Assembly (NCBI GenBank): GCA_019637995.1
Contig: JAHBUQ010000001.1
Coordinates: 1,103,589-1,167,588, forward strand
Reading direction: 5' to 3'
Length of the DNA stretch: 64,000 bases
Origin: Ignavibacteriota bacterium
Lineage (GTDB): Bacteria > Bacteroidota > Ignavibacteria > Kapaibacteriales > UBA2268
A program made the translations under genes and the position numbers. How positions within the stretch are numbered: the stretch's first letter is position 1; every line of letters starts with the position of its first letter. Positions 11,291 to 21,998 of this stretch are shown here, piece by piece. The notes beneath the pieces were generated by a model. That model saw only the letters and a program-made list of their open reading frames with translations, ran no database searches and was not told the DNA's origin.

Positions 11291-11332
11291 TTAAAAATCA
11301 AATCCCCCGAGCTTACTTACGAGTCGGGGGAT
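11291..11332 (-). terminator. Rho-independent terminator of the 11349-16199 gene. A 9-bp stem (ATCCCCCGA / TCGGGGGAT) with a 13-nt loop is followed on the minus strand by TTGATTTTT.
   Basis: Perfect GC-rich inverted repeat 17 nt downstream of the stop, followed by a T-tract in the transcribed orientation. Confidence 0.6.
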
Positions 11333-11348
11333 TAGTAAAATATAGAAG

Positions 11349-14300
11349 CTACTTCATGCGAATAATTTTTCTTATGAACCTTTGATTTTCAATATCAATA
11401 ATAACAGTATAATCTCCAATCGCCAAATTAGAGCCATCAAGTGAAATCTTCTTCAAGCCTGATTGAAGGAATCCTTCGTATAAAGTACTAACTTTGGCAC
11501 CTCTGTTATCATAAACACAGATTACGACCTTGCTCTCAGTTTTTAAACTGAACTCCATTGTAAGTACATCTGAAAATGGATTTGGTCTCACAATAATGGA
11601 TAAATCATCATTCATCGTTTCAATATTTGCTTTAGCTATAATTACAGCATCGGTTTTGTAATTCAGCCAAGATTGTGATTCTCCGCTGATAATGTCAGTC
11701 ATTTCGAACAACTCTACATCATTCAATCTACCTGTTTTATTGTCGTAATGCTTTATCCGCAATTCGTTGTTGGCTTTAGCACCATCGCTTCCCGGGGATT
11801 GAGAATTGTTGCCCCAGATTGTAACTATTGCTTTTCCATCAAGGAAAATTCCTGATCCGAGAAGTAAATCAAATTCAGAATAAACACCTATTTCATTGCC
11901 ATCCGGAACATCTGCAAATATAACAAGAGTAGAATTATTTCCGGTATTTGAAATTGCCGGTATTAGAATTTTTGGATGCTTGATTAAACTTTCATCCATA
12001 AGTGCACGCTTCCCTAATGAGTTTTGAGGATAAGTCAGAATAGAATTTTTACTTAAGTAAATCTGATATCCTTGACCCGGTTGCATATTACCAATATTAT
12101 TAATGCCAAACATAGGAAGATATGTGCCACCGGAATTATTTTTTGCGATTACAAGTGCATCATCATCAGTCAATGTAGCCATAGCATCAACAATATTGAG
12201 TGGATTATTGCGAAGGTAGGAAACAATTTTCCAGCCTGACCCCAAAGCTATATTATGGTCTTCCGGAACAACTTCTGTACCGGCAATTACGAGCTCAACC
12301 GACTGAGAAGTGTAAACCTGATAGCCTTCGTAATTATGCCAATTTACTATATTATCAACATCAAATAATGGCAGATATGTTTTTCCGGCATTGTTCTTCA
12401 CTAAGACTATGTTATCTTTAACATCATTCCAAATAGCGGGTATTGAAGAATCATCGGGTGCAATAAAGGATGAAATTAAATTCCATCCTGAATTTAATGT
12501 AATGATTTGTTCGTCACCGGTGCCGGTTGTTAATTCGTACTCAGTTCCATAAGAAGTGCCCAATGAATTTGTGGCATAAGCTCTGTAATAATACTTGGTA
12601 CCTTCGGTCAACCCGGTGATATTACTGACAAAAACACCACCACCAGTACCATCAATGGTTTTATTATCTGTAATATCCGGATTTGGATTATCAGACCAAC
12701 AAACACCTTTACTTGTTACTTCCAAACCACCTTCAGAAGTAACTTCGCCACCAGTTTTAGCTGATGTTGACCTTACATTTGTTGCAATTGTAGTTATAAC
12801 AGCAGGAATATCGGTAATAATTACAGAATAATCTTCCGACTCGCCATAATCGGAATAATCGCAAGGATCTAAGTCAATATTATATACTATTCTTGCTCGT
12901 AATCTTGTTTTACCTAATTCTGCATCATTTGGAATTGTAATGTTCTTCAAAAATGTCTTATTGCCATCTGTGGAATTCAGTATAATCAATTCTTCTGTGT
13001 CGAATTCTTCATTTTGATTATAATCAATCCATACACCAACTTTATCACCATTATATTGAACAGGATTAGTCACTTTGATTTGATATTCAGCTCCTCTGAC
13101 CACAGTAGTTTGAATATGTTTATAGTCAGAATGACCATTTAAAAGACCGCAACCTGATGTATTTGAAATTGTATTAAATTCAAATTTACCAATGTATTCA
13201 TCGCACTCGTCAGTAAATGGGGCACAATAAATATCGGCAATTTCAAACATCCATTTGCCTGAAAATTCGTTTGCCCCTCCGGGCAGATTTGCTTCAACGT
13301 ACCAATAGTACTTTCCAAGCACAGGTGTTTCATCGAATACATACATTGTATCATTTAAATTGATAATATCTTCATCAATAAAATCATAATTATCTGCAAA
13401 ATGCAACTTATATCCTTCTGCATTCTGGAATTGATTCCATTTCAAAACTATATTACTTTGCATTATTGTTGCAAATTCAGGTTGTACAAGGTCAATTTTA
13501 TTAGGTTTATAATTATGCGGTACTGCAAGAGCAGTAATTTCATTATTATTCTTGACATCAGATAGTTTCATAACCGAAGAGTTGTCAAAGTCAAAATATG
13601 AAATCTCGGAATTAAGATTGCTTTCCGAATCATAAAAATAGGAACTTAAATAAAGCATCTCATTATCAAGGTCATATTCCATACTTTGTGCAAAATTATA
13701 ATCTGCATTTAAATCTTTCCAAAATGGGAAATCACCTTCCCATTTATCATATTGAAGAATATTATCATCTTCAATATCAATCATGAATAAATTTCCATCT
13801 TTATCACATGCCAAATTGATGAGTAGCATACCATAATCAAATTCTTGAACTAATTTAACTGATCCCGATTTTGGATTAACAGTATAAAAACTTTGACCAT
13901 TCAGTCCGCCAACAGCCCATATAAGATTAGTTTCCGGGTCATAAGCCAGCCCGTTGACCGGTATATCGAAATTCATCACAATTGTTCTCTGACCATTGGT
14001 AGTGTCGTATGTCACTAATTTTAACGAACCGGTACCATCATCTTCAATACAATACCACTTTCCTTCGAACCAGGTCCCCCCTCTTGCAAAAACAGGTGAT
14101 CGGTCTGCTGTCAAAAAGTTCAAATTAGTAGCGTCATTAATAATAAATGACAAAGGGCTAATTGGATCAGAATCTTGGCTGAATGCATTATAAGCGAATA
14201 CTTTTGGTACTTTGTCAGGGTCAACAATATTAATTTCAAAATTGAATGTACTGTCACCAATAATACCTACATCAGTAGTAAAAGTTAGAGCCAGATTGGC

Positions 14301-16199
14301 TTTGGCAAAAGCCTTATTGATATTGTTTTTTACTTTTACCTTCAATGTATCCAATTTAATGCGTGAGTCTCCTGTGAATGTACAATTTCCGCTGCCGGAT
14401 AGAATATTCAAAATATTCTCTTGTTGAGTAAGTTCGAAACTGACATTAGAAGAACCATAGAGAGGGTTAAAATTATCTGCATGAACTACAATTGATATAT
14501 TTTCATCCGGAGCGTAATTATCCTTGTTGGGAATAAATTCAAAGCCAGCCGGAAGAATTTTCAATTTGTTTGTCATTTTCGCATTTGGAAATTCAAGAGA
14601 TTTTTCAGCATTAATTCTTCCAAATCCCATTAAATTATTGTAATTACCAAGAGGAGATGAAATATCATCAGAATTAGCAAGAAGAATTTCAGTTAATTCA
14701 TCATTAGTATAATCGTAATTATATGATTTCATCAATCCAAGAAGTCCGGCTACCAGTGGTGATGCCATTGAAGTACCCTGCATCACTTCATAACCGTTAT
14801 TCGGCACTGTGCTTAGAATTCGAGCATCACCGAACCAATCACCTCCCGGAGCTGCAACATCCACCCAGGCACCATAGCTTGAATAATATGCTTTTGCGTC
14901 AGACTGAGCTACAGAACCTACTGACAGAACACCTTTGTAATCTGCCGGATATGTTCTTGTATTGTTGCTGTTATTACCGGCAGAGATTACAAGATATGAT
15001 CCTAAAGATTTGACGTAATCAATAACTTCCTGATTAGCTTTTGAATATGAATATCCTCCCCAACTGCAATTAATTATGTCTGCTCCCATTTCTGCAAGGT
15101 AGATAATTCCGCTATATCCGTTAATGATTGAAGTTGAGCCTGAATTATTCCCATTTTTTGTTGGAAGATATTTTACATTCCACGAAATTGATGCTATTCC
15201 GGTACTGTTATTTGTTTTGGCTGCAGCAATTCCTGCTACGTGAGTACCATGTTTATTAGGAATGACCGCTTTTGGATTATTGGCAGCTGTACCATCATCA
15301 GTAACAAAATTCCAACCAATAAGGTCATCAACATAGCCGTTGCCATCATCGTCAATATCATTAAGGTCACCCGGGTCAAGTACCCACTGACCTCCGATAT
15401 ATTCTATAGTAAGACCATCGCCATCAGCATCTTCGCCTAAATTTTGGTATAAATTTTCTACTAAATCATTATGAGTCCAGTCAGTTCCGGAATCGCAAAT
15501 ACCTATCAATACAGTTGTTAAACCATTTTCACCTTTGTGAATATCCCAAGCTGCAGCAGCAGAAATTTTTCCAAGATAAAACTGGTCATTGTATCGTGTA
15601 TCGTTTGGAACAGCAAAAACTCTGTCAATTGGCACAGGTTCAGCATATTCCACAAAATCAAACATGCTGAATTCCTGAATTATATCGTCAATATTTTGTG
15701 AAGGTTCAAAAACAATTCTAAAAATATTTTTTAAATTAGAATTATTAGTTCTATCGGCTGAGTTCAAATATTCAGAATGTTTTTTACTATTAACTTTGAA
15801 TGCCTCTTCAATTCTTATTATACGATATTTTGGAATCAGAATATCAAGTTCCGGATTACCAAAAGATATTGCATAAAGATGCAAATTACTTTCATTTATA
15901 ATATGCGGAATAATGTTATGATACAAAAATTTAACATAAATTTGATTGTCGAAACAATTTGTATCTTTAACTACATTTGAAGTATTTTTTGATTGCTGAG
16001 ATTTGTTTGGCAATGCTGATGACTTCTGTAATATTTCTTCACTTCCGATATCGGATTGATTTTTCATTACAAGTAAATTATCTTTACTTAAGCGTTCTTT
16101 TTCGGACGATTTATTTTCATTTTTTTGAGAATAAACCAGCGTTTCTGAGCATATTGTGAAGAACACGAATAATGCTATAAATCTTATAAAAACAAACAT
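11349..16199 (-). CDS. Secreted S8 subtilisin-family peptidase, 1616 aa, with FN3-like and GEVED-like domains and a T9SS C-terminal domain
   Basis: Signal peptide MFVFIRFIALFVFFTICSETLVYS. Catalytic Asp (GICDSGTDW), His (HGTHVAGIAAA) and Ser (GTSMASPLVAG). A GEVED-like motif (DYGESEDYSV). The tail ...IVRPNPFSDVLTMEFSL...GDYTVIIDIENQRFIRKIIRMK is T9SS-tail-like. Confidence 0.85.
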   Translation of the reverse strand: MFVFIRFIALFVFFTICSETLVYSQKNENKSSEKERLSKDNLLVMKNQSDIGSEEILQKSSALPNKSQQSKNTSNVVKDTNCFDNQIYVKFLYHNIIPHIINESNLHLYAISFGNPELDILIPKYRIIRIEEAFKVNSKKHSEYLNSADRTNNSNLKNIFRIVFEPSQNIDDIIQEFSMFDFVEYAEPVPIDRVFAVPNDTRYNDQFYLGKISAAAAWDIHKGENGLTTVLIGICDSGTDWTHNDLVENLYQNLGEDADGDGLTIEYIGGQWVLDPGDLNDIDDDGNGYVDDLIGWNFVTDDGTAANNPKAVIPNKHGTHVAGIAAAKTNNSTGIASISWNVKYLPTKNGNNSGSTSIINGYSGIIYLAEMGADIINCSWGGYSYSKANQEVIDYVKSLGSYLVISAGNNSNNTRTYPADYKGVLSVGSVAQSDAKAYYSSYGAWVDVAAPGGDWFGDARILSTVPNNGYEVMQGTSMASPLVAGLLGLMKSYNYDYTNDELTEILLANSDDISSPLGNYNNLMGFGRINAEKSLEFPNAKMTNKLKILPAGFEFIPNKDNYAPDENISIVVHADNFNPLYGSSNVSFELTQQENILNILSGSGNCTFTGDSRIKLDTLKVKVKNNINKAFAKANLALTFTTDVGIIGDSTFNFEINIVDPDKVPKVFAYNAFSQDSDPISPLSFIINDATNLNFLTADRSPVFARGGTWFEGKWYCIEDDGTGSLKLVTYDTTNGQRTIVMNFDIPVNGLAYDPETNLIWAVGGLNGQSFYTVNPKSGSVKLVQEFDYGMLLINLACDKDGNLFMIDIEDDNILQYDKWEGDFPFWKDLNADYNFAQSMEYDLDNEMLYLSSYFYDSESNLNSEISYFDFDNSSVMKLSDVKNNNEITALAVPHNYKPNKIDLVQPEFATIMQSNIVLKWNQFQNAEGYKLHFADNYDFIDEDIINLNDTMYVFDETPVLGKYYWYVEANLPGGANEFSGKWMFEIADIYCAPFTDECDEYIGKFEFNTISNTSGCGLLNGHSDYKHIQTTVVRGAEYQIKVTNPVQYNGDKVGVWIDYNQNEEFDTEELIILNSTDGNKTFLKNITIPNDAELGKTRLRARIVYNIDLDPCDYSDYGESEDYSVIITDIPAVITTIATNVRSTSAKTGGEVTSEGGLEVTSKGVCWSDNPNPDITDNKTIDGTGGGVFVSNITGLTEGTKYYYRAYATNSLGTSYGTEYELTTGTGDEQIITLNSGWNLISSFIAPDDSSIPAIWNDVKDNIVLVKNNAGKTYLPLFDVDNIVNWHNYEGYQVYTSQSVELVIAGTEVVPEDHNIALGSGWKIVSYLRNNPLNIVDAMATLTDDDALVIAKNNSGGTYLPMFGINNIGNMQPGQGYQIYLSKNSILTYPQNSLGKRALMDESLIKHPKILIPAISNTGNNSTLVIFADVPDGNEIGVYSEFDLLLGSGIFLDGKAIVTIWGNNSQSPGSDGAKANNELRIKHYDNKTGRLNDVELFEMTDIISGESQSWLNYKTDAVIIAKANIETMNDDLSIIVRPNPFSDVLTMEFSLKTESKVVICVYDNRGAKVSTLYEGFLQSGLKKISLDGSNLAIGDYTVIIDIENQRFIRKIIRMK

Positions 16200-16401
16200 A
16201 ATTTCACCTCAAAATATTGTTAATATCCGATAATTCACAGCAAATCAAAAATACAAATATTTACTCAAAAATCAAATTAATTTTTAATTAAATTAAATTT
16301 TTCTTGTTATTTTTAAATATATTTATAAGTTGATAATTATTTATTAACCGAATAACACATATATAGCGAAAAATATATTGAGATTATTTTAGGAAACCGA
16401 T

Positions 16402-16435
16402 AAAAAAAACAACCACACCTTTGAGGATGTGGTTG
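16402..16435 (-). terminator. Rho-independent terminator candidate after the EF-G2-like gene: stem CAACCACA / TGTGGTTG preceded, in minus sense followed, by an A8/T8 run
   Basis: 8-bp inverted repeat with an adjacent homopolymer run, about 80 nt downstream of the stop at 16516. Confidence 0.55.
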
Positions 16436-16515
16436 CAATAAATATATTAACTAAGAAATTTCGCTTGCTTTTTGATACATTTAGAAAAAATGTAACCGGA
16501 ATAATTAAGCAAAAA

Positions 16516-18645
16516 TTACTCTTCTTCAGTTTGGCTTTTCTTATATGATTCAATAAGCTCAACCTGAACGTTCGGCGGTACTGCCTGATATTCTGCAAAC
16601 TCGGAGCTGTAGGTTGCTCTTGCCTGAGTCATAGAACGTAATCCCTGAGAATATTTATCAAGTTCTGCAAGAGGCATACGAGCTTTAATTTTTTGATACT
16701 TACCTTCAGAGTCAATTCCCAGAATCACACCACGACGTGATGGCAGGTCACTCATTACATCACCGACGAATTCTTCAGGTACTTTTACTTCAACATTATA
16801 AATTGGTTCAAGAATTTTAGGACTTGCCTGAGTAAAATTATCTTTGAATACCATCATACCGGCAGTTTTGAAGGCAGCTTCATTTGAATCAACAGGGTGC
16901 ATTTTACCGTCATAAACAGTTACACGAATGTCGCGAACATAGGAGCCTGTAAGAGGTCCTTCCTGCATTTTGTCCATTACACCTTTGAGGATGGCAGGCA
17001 GGAATCTTTGGTCAATTACACCACCAACGATACAATTTACATATTCAAGACTACCGCCCCAATCAAGAGGATAAATATCTTTTCCTCGAACATTAAAACC
17101 ATCAGGATTAGGCATACCTTCTACCCATGGCTCAATCATCATGTGAACTTCTGCAAATTGACCTGCACCACCTGATTGCTTTTTGTGGCGGTACGAACCT
17201 TGTACTTTTTTCTGAATAGTTTCACGGTAAGGCACACGAGGTTCAATAAATTCAACTTCTACTTTATAGCGATGCTCAAGTCTCCATTTGATAGCACTAA
17301 GATGCAGTTCGCCTTGAGCAAAAATAATGGTTTGGCGTAATTCCTGAGAATGTTCGACTATAATTGTTGGATCTTCGGCGTGCAGAGCATGAAGACCAAC
17401 GCCGACTTTTTCTTCCTCTCCTCTTGTCTTAGGAGCAATAGCAGTACGCACTTTTCCTGTCGGGTATTCAATTGGTAAGAACTTAACATTGAATCCTTTT
17501 TCATGTAGTGTATCTGAGATATTAGTATTCTTCAATTTTACTGTTGCTCCAATATCGCCTGCTGATAATTCAGTTATTTCTTCTCGTTTTTTGCCGGAAA
17601 CAACATAAACGCCTCCAAATCTTTCTGACGAGTTTCTTGATTCATTTACTAAATCAATGCCTGAATGCAATTTGCCTGATTTCACTTTGAAATATGTCAT
17701 ATCTCCAAGTTTCGGATCCGAAAACATTTTAAAGACAAATAATGATACCTTAGCATTTGAATCGCAATCAACTTTTATGCTACCTTCTGCAACAGGCATA
17801 GGAACTTCATTTGGAGCCGGAGAATAATCTGCTACAAAATCAAGAATTGATGAAATTCCTGCTAAAGATTTTGTTGATGTAACAAATACCGGAAATATCT
17901 CGCGCCCTAAGAATGCTTTGCGTAGTCCGGTTAATAGTTGTTCTTCAGTAAGGCTGCCTTCCTCGAAGTAGATATTCATTAAATCTTCATTAGTTTCAGC
18001 AACAGATTCAATTAGTTCATTTCGGATCTCTTCAGCTCTTGAAAGTTCGCTTGAAGGAATATCGCTAATTTCAGGATTTGATGAACCATTAAAAGTTAAT
18101 AATTTTAAAGAAAGAATATCTACAATACTTTTAAAGTTGCTACCTGGATTGAGTGGGTACTGGAATGCTGTTACTTTGTTGCCATACTGTGATTTCAGGT
18201 CATTTATAATATCATCAAATCTGGACTGGTCATTGTCCAATTTATTGATTACATAGAAGACAGGTTTACTTAATTTATTGGCATATGTGAGGGCATTTTC
18301 TGTGCCGACTTCAATACCGCTAACACCGTTAAGGACAACCATAGCTGTATCGCATACATACATCGGAGCAATCATTTCTCCGATATAATCATCATACCCG
18401 GGTGTATCAATTATATTAATTTTTTTATCATTGTGCTCAGCATTAACAACACTGCTGAATACAGAGCATCTTCTTTCGTGCTCAAGCTCATTAAAATCTG
18501 ATACTGTGTTATTATCTTCTATTGTACCTATTCTGCTGATAATACCTGTGTGGTGAAGAATAGCCTCAATCAAAGAAGTCTTACCTGAGCCTGCGTGTCC
18601 GGCAACGGCAAGATTTCTTATACTCCGTGTTTCATACACTTTCAT
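16516..18645 (-). CDS. Elongation factor G paralog (EF-G2-type translational GTPase), 709 aa
   Basis: Full five-domain EF-G architecture. The G1 motif is the non-canonical AGHAGSGKTSL rather than AHIDAGKTT, as seen in EF-G2 paralogs such as the Thermus one. It also has NKLD and the IEPIYNVEVKVPEEFVGDV domain-IV region. Confidence 0.85.
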   Translation of the reverse strand: MKVYETRSIRNLAVAGHAGSGKTSLIEAILHHTGIISRIGTIEDNNTVSDFNELEHERRCSVFSSVVNAEHNDKKINIIDTPGYDDYIGEMIAPMYVCDTAMVVLNGVSGIEVGTENALTYANKLSKPVFYVINKLDNDQSRFDDIINDLKSQYGNKVTAFQYPLNPGSNFKSIVDILSLKLLTFNGSSNPEISDIPSSELSRAEEIRNELIESVAETNEDLMNIYFEEGSLTEEQLLTGLRKAFLGREIFPVFVTSTKSLAGISSILDFVADYSPAPNEVPMPVAEGSIKVDCDSNAKVSLFVFKMFSDPKLGDMTYFKVKSGKLHSGIDLVNESRNSSERFGGVYVVSGKKREEITELSAGDIGATVKLKNTNISDTLHEKGFNVKFLPIEYPTGKVRTAIAPKTRGEEEKVGVGLHALHAEDPTIIVEHSQELRQTIIFAQGELHLSAIKWRLEHRYKVEVEFIEPRVPYRETIQKKVQGSYRHKKQSGGAGQFAEVHMMIEPWVEGMPNPDGFNVRGKDIYPLDWGGSLEYVNCIVGGVIDQRFLPAILKGVMDKMQEGPLTGSYVRDIRVTVYDGKMHPVDSNEAAFKTAGMMVFKDNFTQASPKILEPIYNVEVKVPEEFVGDVMSDLPSRRGVILGIDSEGKYQKIKARMPLAELDKYSQGLRSMTQARATYSSEFAEYQAVPPNVQVELIESYKKSQTEEE

Positions 18646-18785
18646 AACAAATACTCCAATTAAACTTATTTTTTTTTAAATTAGTAATAAAATAAACTCC
18701 AAATTAGGGAATTATTATGAATTATTAAAATTTTTTTTAAAATTTTGATGTTTTTCTGCGTCTTTTATTTAATTTTTGGTGAAAA

Positions 18786-20075
18786 ATGAGTTTTGAACTT
18801 AATAAATCTGTAAAAATAATCAGACACAAATTAAATAATGGTTTAGAAGTAATTATTTTAAATAATCCTAAAGTTCCAATTGTTAGTATGAATTTATCAT
18901 ATAAAGTTGGTTCTAAGGACGAAATAGTTGGTATTCGTGGTTTTGCACATTTGTTTGAGCACCTGATGTTTGAGGGCTCAAAGAATGTACCTAAAGGAGA
19001 ATTTGATAAAATTTGTTCTTCTGCCGGTGGAACAAATAATGCTTACACTACTTACGACTACACCGCTTATACAATGACTTTACCGTCTCACCAGATTGAA
19101 TTAGGTCTATGGCTTGAATCGGATAGAATGTTCTATTCTGAAATTTCTCAATCCGCCCTTGAGACTCAGCAAAAAGTAGTTACAGAAGAAATTCTTCAAA
19201 CCATCGAAAACCAACCTTATGGTAAATGGCGTGAAAATTTGGCAGCTCTTGCTTACTCGCCGGAGTGTTCTTATTCATGGGAAGTTCACGGTAGTAAGGA
19301 GGATGTTGCTAATTCTACGCTTGCAAACGTTCAGAATTTTTTCAACACATACTATAATCCCGAAAATGCCTGTCTAGTTCTTGCAGGTGATTGTCCGCCG
19401 GAAAATACGATGCCTCTCGTCGAAAAATATTTCGGCATTGAAAAAAGTAATGGTAATATCCGAAGGAATATTTTTGTTGAGAATTTCAAGCAAAAAGGTA
19501 AAACTGAAATTACTTATGACAATGTACCACTTCCGGCTGTATTTATTTCTTTTCATTTAGGTGATTTCAAATCCGAAGATATTTATACTGCTGATGTACT
19601 TTCTTATATGATTGGCAATGGACGCAGTTCGGAATTATACAAAAAACTTGTTTACGAAATGCAGATTGCATCTCAGGTAGGTGCTTTTGTTGATAAGCGT
19701 GAACATTGCTCGCTACTTACATTTTACGCAGTGGGCAATAAACCGCTAATCCAAACTGATGAATTGAAAAAGGCTATACTTTTTGAGATTGAAAAAGTTA
19801 AGAAAGGGCTTTTTGATGAAAGTTCACTATTCAAAACCAGAAATCAACTTACCTCTCAGATTGCAAATGAAATACAATATTCTCACGGTTTGGCTGATAT
19901 GATTGGCAATTTTACATTATTCTGGAATAATCCGGAAATGATTTTCGAAGTATTGGGTAAATATAATGCTATCAATAGAGAACACTTGATTGAATTTGCA
20001 GATAAATATCTGGTAGCTGAAGAAGCAATTGAAGTTGTAGTACTACCAAAAGAAATGTCTGACAATGAAATATAG
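18786..20075 (+). CDS. M16-family (pitrilysin/insulinase-like) zinc peptidase, 429 aa
   Basis: Inverted zincin motif HLFEHLMFEG (HxxEH) at residue ~55 and an E-rich downstream region. The length is typical of single-chain M16B. Confidence 0.85.
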   Translation: MSFELNKSVKIIRHKLNNGLEVIILNNPKVPIVSMNLSYKVGSKDEIVGIRGFAHLFEHLMFEGSKNVPKGEFDKICSSAGGTNNAYTTYDYTAYTMTLPSHQIELGLWLESDRMFYSEISQSALETQQKVVTEEILQTIENQPYGKWRENLAALAYSPECSYSWEVHGSKEDVANSTLANVQNFFNTYYNPENACLVLAGDCPPENTMPLVEKYFGIEKSNGNIRRNIFVENFKQKGKTEITYDNVPLPAVFISFHLGDFKSEDIYTADVLSYMIGNGRSSELYKKLVYEMQIASQVGAFVDKREHCSLLTFYAVGNKPLIQTDELKKAILFEIEKVKKGLFDESSLFKTRNQLTSQIANEIQYSHGLADMIGNFTLFWNNPEMIFEVLGKYNAINREHLIEFADKYLVAEEAIEVVVLPKEMSDNEI

Positions 20076-20847
20076 TACTTTGATATTGATTTTAATAATT
20101 TCGATGAACTTTAATTTGCACTCATCAAATTATTCATTCAATGAAAATACTGAAACTGTACTAATAACAACAGCAAGTGTTATGGGACTTGCTGTGCAAA
20201 TGAGCAGAGGTGAGTATGAGCCCCTTACCGAATATAAAATTGAAGAGTTAATGAAAAAAGAATTGCTTGGAATCAATAGATTTGCAGTTCAAAATTACAA
20301 TGACAACACGGCTTTGGTAAGCGATATTTTACTTGGTATTTGCCTTGCGGTTCCTGCAATTCAAATTTTTGACGAAAGAGTAAAACCCGAATGGGGGATT
20401 TACGGATTGATGTATTTAGAAACAGGTATGCTTAGTGTAGGTACAACTCAAATTGTTAAGAATATTTTCCAGCAGCCAAGACCATATATTTATAATCCTG
20501 ATGTTCCAATTGAAATGAAAATGACTAAAGACGCACGCCAATCATTTTTCTCAGGTCATTCTTGTCTTGCATTTGCGGGAATGACTTTTTTCGCTGAATC
20601 CTATTCAAAATATTATCCCGATAATAGCAATCACAATATAATTTGGCTTGGTTCTATGTCACTTGCTGCTACTACTGCACTTCTGAGAGTACTTTCAGGC
20701 AGACATTTTCCGGTTGATATTTTGATAGGTTCTGCGGTTGGATTTGCTGTTGGTAAGATAATTCCTCACTTGCATGAATCCCGAAATGCTCAAATTCCGA
20801 ATGAATTTATAAACAACCGGATAATCGCAATTTCGTTTAATTTATGA
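20065..20847 (+). CDS. PAP2-superfamily phosphatase, 260 aa, with signal peptide
   Basis: PAP2 motifs are KNIFQQPRP (KxxxxxxRP), FFSGHS (PSGH) and SGRHFPVDILIG (SRxxxxxHxxxD). It overlaps the M16 gene by 11 nt. Confidence 0.75.
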   Translation: MKYSTLILILIISMNFNLHSSNYSFNENTETVLITTASVMGLAVQMSRGEYEPLTEYKIEELMKKELLGINRFAVQNYNDNTALVSDILLGICLAVPAIQIFDERVKPEWGIYGLMYLETGMLSVGTTQIVKNIFQQPRPYIYNPDVPIEMKMTKDARQSFFSGHSCLAFAGMTFFAESYSKYYPDNSNHNIIWLGSMSLAATTALLRVLSGRHFPVDILIGSAVGFAVGKIIPHLHESRNAQIPNEFINNRIIAISFNL

Positions 20848-20982
20848 TTTTATATATACTATATTACTCCGTTTAATCAATCTAAATGTTATAAAAATAA
20901 AATAAGTTGCATTTATAAACGATTACATTAAGATATATTTAGTATTTTTGTAATTATTAATTTGACTTAAGAGAAATATTTA

Positions 20983-21963
20983 ATGAGAGCAGTAATTCCT
21001 GTTGCCGGTGTCGGCACTCGACTCAGACCACACACTTACTCATTACCCAAAGTTTTGCTAAATGTAGCAGGTAAGCCGATTCTTGGACATATACTTGATG
21101 CTTTGCTTGAGCAATCAATCAATAAAGCAACGATTATTACAGGCTATATGGGTAAGCTTGTTGAGGAATATGTTAAAGAAAGATATTCGGCAATGGAATT
21201 TGAGTTTGTAGTTCAGGAGCAGCGTCTGGGGCTTGGTCATGCGATATGGATTGGCTCTAAAAGTTACGGAAATGAACCGTTAATGATTATTCTTGGTGAT
21301 ACGATTTTTGATGTTGACCTTGGTTTAGCATTCAAAAGCGGTGTAAATTCAATTGGAGTGAAAGCTGTTGAAGACCCAAGAAGATTTGGAGTCGTTGTAA
21401 AAGGCAGTGACAACAAAATCACAAAATTAATCGAAAAACCTGAAGAACCAATCTCGAAACTTGCTATTGTTGGACTATATAATATTCAGGACACCGAGCT
21501 ACTTACCAACAGTCTGAATGAGTTAATGGATAAAAATATTAGAACCAGAGGTGAATATCAGCTTACAGATGCACTACAGCTTATGATAGATAAGGGAGCT
21601 GATTTTACAACCTTCCCGGTTGAAGGCTGGTACGATTGCGGTAAACCCGAAACATTGCTTTCTACTAACAGGTTTTTATTAGACCACAAGCCTCAATTTC
21701 CAAAATATAAAGATTCCGTTATAATACCTCCTGTTTTTATCTCGGATTCGGCAGTAATTGAAAGGTCTGTTCTTGGTCCTTATGCATCTATTGCCGATGG
21801 TGCTGTAGTTAAAGACAGTATAGTTCGAAATAGCATTGTCAGCTTTAATGCAAAAGTAGTTTCATCACTACTTGAAGAATCAATTATTGGTAATGATGCT
21901 GAAGTAAAAGGTCATTTTCACAAATTAAATGTTGGTGATTCAAGTCAAATTTCAGAAAGTTAA
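20983..21963 (+). CDS. Sugar-phosphate nucleotidyltransferase (RmlA/GlmU-like NTP-transferase with a C-terminal left-handed beta-helix), 326 aa
   Basis: The N-terminal MRAVIPVAGVGTRLRP..LPKVLL matches the G-x-G-T-R-L nucleotide-binding motif. Hexapeptide-like repeats follow from residue ~250. Confidence 0.75.
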   Translation: MRAVIPVAGVGTRLRPHTYSLPKVLLNVAGKPILGHILDALLEQSINKATIITGYMGKLVEEYVKERYSAMEFEFVVQEQRLGLGHAIWIGSKSYGNEPLMIILGDTIFDVDLGLAFKSGVNSIGVKAVEDPRRFGVVVKGSDNKITKLIEKPEEPISKLAIVGLYNIQDTELLTNSLNELMDKNIRTRGEYQLTDALQLMIDKGADFTTFPVEGWYDCGKPETLLSTNRFLLDHKPQFPKYKDSVIIPPVFISDSAVIERSVLGPYASIADGAVVKDSIVRNSIVSFNAKVVSSLLEESIIGNDAEVKGHFHKLNVGDSSQISES

Positions 21964-21998
21964 TTGTTTAATGTTTAATCTTTTAAAGATATACACAA

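Noticed and set aside
2661-15013. Numerous 60-140-aa ORFs nested inside or antisense to the giant genes, for example 2661-2996, 9821-10123 and 14723-15013
   Set aside because: They are embedded in long conserved frames on the other strand, have no start context, and show composition typical of antisense AT-rich sequence.
21964-21998. Possible SAM riboswitch upstream of metK
   Set aside because: The intergenic spacer is only 35 nt, far too short for a SAM-I or SAM-II aptamer. metK appears co-transcribed with the upstream nucleotidyltransferase gene.
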